Of a stretch of DNA of 64,000 nt, positions 54,561-64,000 are shown piece after piece. The stretch lies in NCBI GenBank assembly GCA_964016885.1, contig OZ024740.1, positions 425,072,001-425,136,000 on the forward strand, given 5' to 3'. The position numbers were made by a program, and so were the translations under genes. The notes under the pieces are model-generated. The model was not told the DNA's origin. It saw nothing but the letters and a program-made list of their open reading frames with translations, and made no database searches. The stretch comes from Eledone cirrhosa (taxonomy: Eukaryota). Numbering within the stretch: position 1 is the first letter of the stretch; each line of letters opens with the position of its first letter.

Positions 54561-55849
54561 CAGGACTGGGGTCCTTATCATTAAATTACCCAAGACACCT
54601 CCAACGAGATATACTTTGAAGGAGGCCAACTAAACCTGCATATGTGTGAGCTGTCACCACACATACTCCTGAGGTAGCAGTTGAAGTTCTTGTTGCCTAC
54701 GTCGATTGATCTGCAGAAATAGTGGTAGTGGTGGTGGTAAATCTTGTAGAATATTGTTTAGTAAAAATGACACTTCTTTCTACAAACATGGCACGGAGTT
54801 TCATGTACAGGACACTCATTTAATGAATGCTGTTAACATTTGAATAAACATTTAGTACTGGCATTTACTATAACTGAGACGAGGTGTATCTTGCTAAGAT
54901 TTATTAGTTACAATTGAATGGGATAACTACGTATTTCCACAGCTAAAAATCTCTTTAAACTGAATCAAGGGTTCATGCCTGATAAATATGGGTGACAAAT
55001 CTAAAGGTTTTTCTTCCCAATAAATGCTGCCTGATCAATGACAACGTCAATCAAATGATAAAGGCATCGCGGTTTCACTTTTCACGGTGATGTGGTGGCT
55101 AGAAACTAAAACTTAGAAGACATATTTAAGGTACTCGGAACTTTTATATACTCTTCTAACTACCTCCTCACATATTGCCACCGAGATGCAAAGCAATGAC
55201 ATGCAAACATTTAACTACTAGATTTTACGTATGTGTTTGTAAGACACTCATATTGTTTTCATAAGGGGTATGTATATTCAGAGATAATTTCCTATCCTTT
55301 CGCTGACACAAGTTGTCTTGAGATAGAAAAATAAAGAGAAGTTTCAAATGTCTTAAACCAATGTTTTAATACTTGAACAACCTTTGAAACGGTGAGGTTG
55401 CCATAAAACCACCCATAACTAAATATGAATAGGTTGGCTTATATAACACTCAGATTTTTATTATGGTAAGTCCAACATCCTGCTATAATGCACATGTAAT
55501 TGAAAGATACCTTATCTTAAAACTTCGTTCCGCTTAAAATTTCAAGTAGCAATGTAACTCACGACAAAATTCAACAAAGCTTGTTAACTTAAAGTTAATG
55601 CCTTCCTCTATTACCAGGAAATAACGTGCTAAACGTGAATAATAATAAAACAATTAATTTCTTCTATAATTCATGGCAGTTGATTTTAGAATGATTGCGA
55701 ATATATTTGCGTAAGTTAATATATATTCACTGTTTTTGTTCTATGTAGCTTCTAGAAAATGATTTTAACAACAGGATCATTATCATCAATATCATCATCA
55801 TTATGATGATGATGATGATGATGATCATCATCATCACAATCATTACCAC

Positions 55850-56267
55850 CTCCATCCCCAGTGTCCAGCTACACATTCCAGCAACAGCCACCCCACATCG
55901 CGGGATTCCTTCCTCAGATAGGCTGCAGACGTTCCGATTTTGCGGAGGTGCACGACAGTACGGGGTCCGATTACGTGAGGTCCCGACAGCAACCGATGGG
56001 AAGGAGAAGCGGCCAGACAATCCCCGGTATTTGACTCCCTGTACTCTGCATTGCGGACCACAGTACCGGCATTTGTGACCGAAGCGACAAAGTTGAAGGC
56101 GAAAATGTATCACATGTGACATCCGAGATGAGGGATTTACTTACTTCGAATGGGAAGAGGTTAATACCATCGGAACACTTGCCGTCTCCGAGGTTGAGGG
56201 CTGGATTGAAGATGAGCAGTGATGGCGGGTCGTGATATCTGGTATATCCTTGATGAGATGTTGTTCA
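55850..56267 (-). pseudogene. CRE-like non-LTR retrotransposon endonuclease remnant
   Basis: GDGKCSDGINLFPF..KSLISDVTCDTFS, KYRGLSGRFSFPSVAVGTS, IGPRT (GDGKRPDG...WD.TC.DT family). Flanked by ATC/TGA repeats. Confidence 0.75.
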
Positions 56268-56276
56268 TGATGATGA

Positions 56277-56318
<42 letters not shown>

Positions 56319-56410
56319 TAGGCGGGACTTACACATCAGTTATAAAAACATGAGATGTCTCTCGTACCCTGTCTCTGTTACAAACAAAACTCTCTCACAC
56401 TCCTCATACA

Positions 56411-56563
56411 TTCTTCTTCTTCTTCTTCTTCTTCTTCTTCTTCTTCTTCTTCTTCTTCTTCTTCTTCTTCTTCTTCTTCTTCTTCTTCTTCTTCTTCTTC
56501 TTCTTCTTCTTCTTCTTCTTCTTCTTCTTCTTCTTCTTCTTCTTCTTCTTCTTCTTCTTCTTC
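56411..56563. repeat. (TTC)n, about 51 units
   Basis: Directly visible. Confidence 0.97.
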
Positions 56564-56796
56564 AGACTTTCTACACACATATCTATATGTGAGGTTATCC
56601 GTATAATCTACACTTCTACATTAAACTACATAAATAATAGCATAATTACAAATGCCATAAGAATTAATAACAGTAATAAAATCCCCCCCCCCCCCATCTT
56701 AGTAGAATAAGCTAACTTGGTGTACAAATCAAAAAGACATATCTTTCTAATAGATTATTTATAAGTTAAGTTGAGCATAGCAAGAAAACATACCAA

Positions 56797-58166
56797 ACAC
56801 CGCTACCTTCTCCAAGTCAATCTACCCGACCACCGCTACCCTCTCCTACCAATCTACCCGACCACCGCTACCCTCTCCAACCAATCTACCCGACCACCGC
56901 TACCCTCTCCAACCAATCTACCCGACCACCGCTACCCTCTCCAACCAATCTACCCGACCACCGCTACCCTCTCCAACCAATCTACCCGACCACCGCTACC
57001 TTCTCCAAGTCAATCTACCCGACCACCGCTACCCTCTCCTACCAATCTACCCGACCACCGCTACCCTCTCCTACCAATCTACCCGACCACCGCTACCCTC
57101 TCTAATCAAAACTACCCGACCACCGCCACTCTCTCCAAATCAATCTACCCAAACACCGCTACCCTCTCCAACCAATCTACCCGACCACCGCTACCCTCTC
57201 CAACCAATCTACCCGACCACCGCTACCCTCTCCAACCAATCTACCCGACCACCGCTACCCTCTCCAACCAATCTACCCGACCACCGCTACCCTCTCCAAC
57301 CAATCTACCCGACCACCGCTACCCTCTCTAATCAAAACTACCCGACCACCGCCACTCTCTCCAAATCAATCTACCCAAACACCGCTACCCTCTCCAACCA
57401 ATCTACCCGACCACCGCCACTCTCTCCAAATCAATCTACCCAAACACCGCTACCCTCTCCAACCAATCTACCCGACCACCGCCACTCTCTCCAAATCAAT
57501 CTACCCGACCACCGCTACCCTCTCCAACCAATCTACCCGACCACCGCTACCCTCTCCAACCAATCTACCCGACCACCGCTACCCTCTCCAACCAATCTAC
57601 CCGACCACCGCTACCCTCTCCAACCAATCTACCCAAACACCGCTACCCTCTCCAACCAATCTACCCGACCACCGCTACCCTCTCCAACCAATCTACCCGA
57701 CCACCGCTACCCTCGCCTACCAATCTACCCAAACACCGCTACCCTCTCCAACCAATCTACCCGACCACCGCTACCCTCTCCAACCAATCTACCCGACCAC
57801 CGCTACCCTCTCCTACCAATCTACCCAAACACCGCTACCCTCTCCAACCAATCTACCCAAACACCGCTACCCTCTCCAACCAATCTACCCAAACACCGCT
57901 ACCCTCTCCTACCAATCTACCCAAACACCGCTACCCTCTCCAACCAATCTACCCGACCACCGCTACCCTCTCCAACCAATCTACCCGACCACCGCTACCC
58001 TCTCCTACCAATCTACCCAAACACCGCTACCCTCTCCAACCAATCTACCCGACCACCGCTACCCTCTCCAACCAATCTACCCGACCACCGCTACCCTCTC
58101 CAACCAATCTACCCGACCACCGCTACCCTCTCTAACCAATCTACCCAAGTTCCGCTACCCTCTCCA
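56797..58166. repeat. 32/33-bp tandem repeat, about 42 copies
   Basis: Unit ccaatctacccgaccaccgctaccctctccaa. Confidence 0.97.
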
Positions 58167-58271
58167 ATAAACAGATCCCAGTTCCACATGGAGGAGATTT
58201 AGATATGCAATGGTTCTATATAAATGTTACATAAATAAATAAAAATCCTCCCCCTCTCACTTTCTACTACT

Positions 58272-58305
<34 letters not shown>

Positions 58306-58863
58306 TTCTCATTCTCTCTCTCTCACTATCTCCTCTTTCTCTCTCTCTCTCTCACTATCTTCTTCTCGTTCTCTCTCTCTCACTATCTCCTTCTCTTTCT
58401 CTCTCTCTCTCACTATCTCCTTCTCGTTCTCTATCTCTCACTATCTCCTTCTCTTTCTCTCTCTCCATTTTTAATCCGACAAGTTACGGTCTAGCAACAA
58501 TATAATACTTTATATAACGGTTTCCTAGTTAGAATTCTTGTCTACGACTTCAGCTATACCATTTACGTTGTTTTGTCTTTGCGTGCAATTGTTCTCTAAA
58601 CTCCACATATGACGTATTATCTTCGTTTTTTCCGTTCGTTGCCAGAGAACGTCTCTATGAACCACCTAATAGAATATTAGTCTACGACTTCTTTTATACC
58701 ATAAACGTGCTTTTGTCTTTGCGTGCAATTGTTCTCCAAATAATGACGTATTATATTCGTTTTTTCCCGTTCTTTGCCAGGGAACGTTTCCAGGAACCAA
58801 AGTATCGTCTTCCTGTCTTCCTCCGGTTGCAACGTTTTTTCAAATATTTACTTTTGCGTTCAA

Positions 58864-58935
58864 AGATTGACTTTGTTAGTTTCAGAAGATCCCGTTAAGG
58901 TTGAAAGCAGCGATTCTTTGCTTAAACTTTAATCT
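58864..58935 (+). ncRNA. family A hammerhead-like motif (CAGAAGA), 5' pLTR
   Basis: AGTTT CAGAAGA TCCCGTTAAGGTT GAAA GCA..TGC TT AAACT. Confidence 0.6.
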
Positions 58936-59016
58936 GTTATTTTAATAAATATTTACTCTACGGTTCTTATATATTTGATATATATTTATCCTTATCGAGC
59001 CCGCTTTGGATTTTAA

Positions 59017-59822
59017 TCTACTAACGAGCATATTTTCAACGACCATTCCACATATTACAATGAAGCTCTTGCTCGGAGTGGATTTGTCGATAAGGTAGCA
59101 TATGCAGAGTACGAGAATAGACCTAGAAGAAATAGATCCCGACGCATTATATGGTATAACCCACCATATAATATGGAGGTGGCCACACCATTAGCTAAGA
59201 TTTTTCTCTCCCTTATTATGAAGCATTTCCCCCTACACATAAATATAGTAACATTTTTAATAGAAATACCATTAACATTTCTTACTCTACAACTCCCAAC
59301 CTTGCACATAACATTACAGCTTCAAATTTAGCTAAACTACCTAGCCGTAGGAACACGTGCAACCCTATAGATAGTACTAACGGTAATTGTAGGAATCGGG
59401 TTGATTGCCCCCTATCCGGGAAATGCCTCTCTAGTAACATTGTCTACAAATGCAAGGTTGAAACACCCACGTCCCGTAGGGCCTACATAGGGTTAACCGC
59501 CAATAGATTCAAGCAGCGTCTTTACATGCATACCCATTCTTTTCTTAACCCTTTAAGAAGGAATATGGCGTCACTTTCAGCTTATATCTGGAGTCTGAAA
59601 GACAACCACACCCAATATAAGTTACACTGGGAGATCCTAGCTAGGGCTAGATCGTATAACGGAAATAAAAGACCATGTGACCTCTGCGCCGCTGAGGTCC
59701 TGGAAATACTCTACGCCAATGACCACATCTTAAACAAAAAATCTGAGGCAATTTCGGCTTGTAAACACAAATTGCACAAAACTTTCCTGTATTACAGCCT
59801 CACATTATACCCTAACGGATAG
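59017..59822 (+). pseudogene. Penelope (Naiad-type) RT thumb/linker and GIY-YIG endonuclease, two frameshifts
   Basis: YNEALARSGF, RSRRIIWYNPPY, KHFP, IFNRNTINISYS, NCR..CPLSGKCL..IVYKC, YIGLTANRFKQRLYMH, LSAYIWSLKD, CDLC..E, LNKKSE..CKH. Confidence 0.92.
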
Positions 59823-60723
59823 TACGAACTATACGCGGATATTTTACGTCTTGATGTGGTAACTAAGTATATGTTATGTTTATACCATTACTTATTTGTA
59901 TAGGTAAGTATATATTACCTGTATGTTTTGTGAAGGTACGTATACTTTCTCGTACGTATATTTGATTGTATATGTTATGGGGTATATTTTATATATTCTG
60001 GTACATATGCTTTTGTTTATGTGTATACGTGAGTTTTTCGTCTGCGTGAGTATGCGGGTTCGTACGTATGTATGGTGTGTGTATATGTGTACTTTGTGTT
60101 TTGGTTGACGTAGTCTCCGAACATTTGTGTATTTACATCGAGGTATGTGTGTGTGCTTATTATATACGTATTTATTTATTTATATACGTTTATTTAATTA
60201 TATGTATACACGCACACATACACATACATATATATATATATATATATCTTTTTTTAATATATATTTTTATGTGTATTTGGTGTATACATTCGTATGCGTG
60301 CGGGTACAGGCGTTGCGTGGGTTCTGTATGTGCGTGCGGGTTTTTTTTTGGGTTTTTTTTGTGTGTACCTGGGTGTATTTGTATACCTATGGCAAGTGTT
60401 TTCGCGTATGCTTGTCTATGTACGTATATGGATGCGTGTATGTATTTATTTAATTTCAATTACCTCTGTATTTTATTTACTTTATTCTTAACTCTGAAGC
60501 CGAGAATCATTCGGTTTCCCTAGTTGGAATTTTAGTCTACGACTTCAGTTATACCATTTACTTGGTTTTGTCTTTGCGTGCAATTGTTCTCTATGCTCCA
60601 CATATGACGTATTATCTTCGTTTTTTCCCGTTCTTTGCCAGGAAACGTTTCCACGAACCAAAGTATCGTCTTCCTGTCTTCCTCCGGTTGCAACGTTCTT
60701 TCAAATATTTACTTCTGCGTTCC

Positions 60724-60800
60724 CAGATTGACTTTGTTAGTTTCAGAAGACCCCGTTAAGGGTGAAAGCAGCGATGATTCTTTGCTTAAACTTTAATCTG
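60724..60800 (+). ncRNA. family A hammerhead-like motif (CAGAAGA), 3' pLTR
   Basis: AGTTT CAGAAGA C CCC gttaa GGG T GAAA GCA..TGC TT AAACT. Confidence 0.68.
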
Positions 60801-60909
60801 TTATTTTAATAAATATTTGCTCTACGGTTCTTATATATTTGATATTTATTTATCCTTATCGAGCCCTCTTTGGATTTTAGTCTTCAAATTTATTATTATT
60901 ACTATTATG

Positions 60910-60957
<48 letters not shown>

Positions 60958-61166
60958 GGCGACCTACGTAGTAAATCGTATCATCGTGAGCTCCGCAATG
61001 GTTTGTTATTTCCGTTTGTTAAAAATTGCCATTTATGGAAAATTTTTATTGTTAACCATATATAAGCGCACATACATTGTTTTCCGAAAAGGACACCCAA
61101 AAAGATTGGGGCCTTGTGCCCAAAATTTAAACCTTTATTATTATCACAAAATTTCTTTGAAAAAAA

Positions 61167-63061
61167 ATGGCTAATTCACCTCTGCACCAAGCAGCTGAAA
61201 GCCTTCCTAACAAATTAACACCTCACACCGACACCACCATTATAAATGTTACTACGTTTGCCAACACGACAAAAAATATAAGCAGTAGCAATATTTTAAA
61301 TTTGTCTCAGGCAGACATTTGTCTCAGGCAGACATTCATTCGTGATGTCGAAATGAAATCAAGCAAAATGGACTCTTCCCCACCAAAGACGACTGACGTC
61401 ACCACCACCACAACTGAAACTAAAATTAATATTAACACAAATAACGATAGCAACAACAACAACAATGACATTATAAAAACCACTCTCAGTTTCGCCAGAG
61501 TAGCAAAACAGTTCGAAGCATTTACGGTAACTCAGGAGGATTTAGAAAATGCCAAACAAATGGTAAAGAAAGATGGGTACAGGGTCAGCCTCACCCCCCA
61601 CCTAATAAAATGGAGCATCGGCGCCTATGCACCGTGTCGTATCGAACAATAAATGTAAAATCGCACCGAGTGGAACGGGCATCCGAGTCCCAAATCCAAA
61701 AAGCTTTGGGACATGTGTGGGCAAGAAAAACCCACATCAGACGTGGGCAAAAATATGGAACCGTGGACGTGTTCTTTGAAACACCAGAGGACGCTAGAGA
61801 ACACTCCATGGCCCCATTAAGAAGTGATGACTTCACACTCGTCCCAAGCTATTGTGGCCAGAGACTCGTAAAAATCAGGGTGACCCACGTTCCACCGGCC
61901 ATCGCAATTCCCTGACTAATAGCGGCCGTCCTCGTCGGCATCGAAGCCAACACAAAAATAATAGCAATAGCAAAAGAAAAGCAGGAGAACTGGTCCGGAT
62001 CTGGGATGGAGCTCCTGATCCAAGCGGACCAAAAAAGCATTGAGGAGATCCCAGAGGTAATAGACCTCACTGACGGCAGCCACCTCACGGTAATTGTCGA
62101 GGGCAGAAGACCTAGGTGTGTCGTTTGTGGTGAAGGAACCCACCTAAGGGCTTTCTGCCCTCAGGCTAAAAGGGTGAGGCCACCTCTCCTACCCACCCCA
62201 GTGACACAACCATCAACACCACCAGTAGCAGAGATGGCAGCAACAACTGTAGCAGCAACAACAGAAGCAACTATAACAGCAACAACCCCAGCAACAGTAG
62301 CAAAACACACACCACCACCACCACCAGCAAAACCAACACCACCACCACCACCCAACGCTTCAGAACTAGCACCAGCGCCTACACCATCCACCACGCCACA
62401 ACCAAAACTAACGCCTGTGGAGGATTTTCCACTCCCCGGCCTATCACAACTGGAGACAGATTGTGACGACGAGGAGTGGGAAACGATATCCGGAAAAAAA
62501 AAAGAATCCCAAAAAGAAAAAATTCTCTTCCTTCCCCCTCCAAACACAAAATACAGAGGGAAACAAATAAACTAAGAAACAAAAAAGTTAGGACAGATAT
62601 GCCACCATCCACACCAGCATCACCAACCCTATCCAACCCAAACACCAACACCATCACCATCATTAACTCCAACACCACCATCACCTACACCACAAAAGTC
62701 ACCAAAATGCGAAACAGAAACAAACCCACAACAAACGCAAACAAAACAAAACAACCAAAACGATACACACTACACAGCATTAAATTTGAACAACAAGCAA
62801 TTATTACACTACATCCAACACAACACCAGCATCACAGAAAAAGACTACACAACAACCCCAAAATTCACACCACCTCCACACATACAAATCACTCGCATCA
62901 CACAGAAAACGTACATGACACTAAAACAAAAATTCCCCAAAGACATCGGAGACATCCGACAAGCACTCTCCAGGAGGATTTATAAGGACATCCTTCCTGA
63001 GGAGGCCACAAGCAGTGAAAAGGATGGAAAAACCGTCCTTCCCATACGAGAAGTAAGGTAA
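61167..63061 (+). pseudogene. LINE ORF1 (gag-like; RRM-like segment, CX2CX4HX4C knuckle, Pro/Thr-rich and basic tail), disrupted
   Basis: KYGTVDVFF, VIVEGRRPRCVVCGEGTHLRAFCP. Split across several frames, TGA at 61913. Confidence 0.8.
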
Positions 63062-63095
63062 GTGGTCTTTCCCATCTTTTTCACTCCTTTTCAAC

Positions 63096-64000
63096 ATGAC
63101 CTCACTCAGAATAGGCAGCATAAATGCGCGTGGCTTGGGGTCGTCATGGAAGCAGGGTCACCTTCTCAACGACCTCAGGTCACTAAACATAGATGTAGTG
63201 GCCATCAGCGAGACCAGAATCTCCGAAGCACGGGCCTTCGCACCGATCTTCGGCGGCTACGATGTGTACGCATCTCCCAGCCGTCCTGGATCGGGTGGAG
63301 GAGTTGCTGTGCTTTTTCGGAGAGGTTTGGATCTCGCCATACGGGCCATCTTCATGGACCCAGAGGGTAAGCTGGTGGTGCTGGACGTGACCAGCGGAGA
63401 CGGGCAAGCTTTCAGGCTAGTGGCCGTCTATGCCCCGACAGGAGCAGGGCGGCCTGATTTCTTCCGGCGTCTGGAGAACTTTCTTGGAACGTCCCGCTCT
63501 TTAGTGTTAGTGGGCGACTGGAACGGGATCTTAGATGCACGCTGGGACTGTGTGGGATTAGCGGATAGGGGTGGAGGGTGCAAGAGCCTCACCAACCTGC
63601 TCAGGCGTTTTGAACTGTCTGACAGGTACCGATTGGATTTCCTGAATGTGCCAATGTGGACTTGGACAAACCGCATAGGGTCATCCAGATCATATCTAGA
63701 TAGAGTATTTTGTAGGGAAATAGATAGGTCTAGCATAGGCTGTCCACAATTCAAGATAGTCAGCTACACGGATCACAAATTCGTGACCTGTGTGCTTGAC
63801 TTAGATAGGCTTCATAGACGAGGACCCGGTTACTGGAAGCTAAACGCGTCCTTACCAGCGCGCAAGGCCTACAGAGACCGGATTAGCGAACTAGTTAAGC
63901 GGGCGTTGACGGGGGCCATTGTCAACAACAAGTGGTGGTTTGCTTTGAAAAGAGCGATTAGAATAGAATCGATTAGGTTTAGTAAGGCTTTAGCAATAGA
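63096..64000 (+). CDS. LINE ORF2 N-terminus, APE endonuclease (open to the window end, absent from the ORF track)
   Basis: MTSLRIGSINARGL, ISETR, GVAVLF, VYAP, GDWN, WTW, SYLDR, TDH, GPGYWKLN. No stop in 301 codons. Confidence 0.92.
   Translation, partial: MTSLRIGSINARGLGSSWKQGHLLNDLRSLNIDVVAISETRISEARAFAPIFGGYDVYASPSRPGSGGGVAVLFRRGLDLAIRAIFMDPEGKLVVLDVTSGDGQAFRLVAVYAPTGAGRPDFFRRLENFLGTSRSLVLVGDWNGILDARWDCVGLADRGGGCKSLTNLLRRFELSDRYRLDFLNVPMWTWTNRIGSSRSYLDRVFCREIDRSSIGCPQFKIVSYTDHKFVTCVLDLDRLHRRGPGYWKLNASLPARKAYRDRISELVKRALTGAIVNNKWWFALKRAIRIESIRFSKALAI

Larger units (their letters stand above)
58517..60903 (+). mobile_element. internally deleted Naiad-type Penelope: pLTR - thumb/GIY-YIG - 3'UTR - pLTR
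   Basis: Direct repeats 58517-59016 and 60512-60880 flank a PLE C-terminal coding remnant. Confidence 0.9.
60958..64000 (+). mobile_element. Tx1/L1-clade LINE, 5' portion, beginning right after (TTA)n
   Basis: 5' UTR, ORF1 with Zn knuckle, ORF2 with APE endonuclease. Confidence 0.9.

Noticed and set aside
56771-57331. 186-aa repetitive ORF / CRISPR-like array
   Set aside because: 32-bp tandem repeat cycling through frames, with no spacers.
59380-59860. selenocysteine-encoding Naiad (UGA at Cys sites, SECIS)
   Set aside because: Cys codons are TGT/TGC, there is no in-frame TGA at conserved positions, and no SECIS is evident.
62992-63050. HHR-like CTGAGGA..GAAA with a 7-bp stem III near the end of LINE ORF1
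   Set aside because: Stem I and stem II cannot form adjacent to the core, so it is probably chance.

Overview
AT-rich animal genomic DNA saturated with microsatellites. An octopus or other coleoid cephalopod origin is inferred from the SINE types and repeat content, not proven. No intact host protein-coding gene is recognisable, and nearly all long ORFs in the track are translations of simple repeats. The real coding remnants are all mobile elements: Penelope-like retroelements (PLE; one Neptune-type RT+GIY-YIG copy and Naiad-type RT/GIY-YIG fragments), an R4/Dong-like and a CRE-like restriction-endonuclease LINE fragment, RTE tails, a Helitron 3' end, and a Tx1/L1-type LINE whose APE ORF2 runs off the window end. 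The main hidden signal is non-coding. About 20 type I hammerhead ribozyme (HHR) motifs from about 9 unrelated sequence families lie on both strands, nearly all inside short, (TA)n-flanked, fold-back or tandemly duplicated elements. They include a family with a fixed non-canonical core (CAGAAGA, U4A) in six copies and a retrozyme-like tandem pair predicted to release a 526-nt non-coding RNA. All structures were folded by eye and none was computed or tested.
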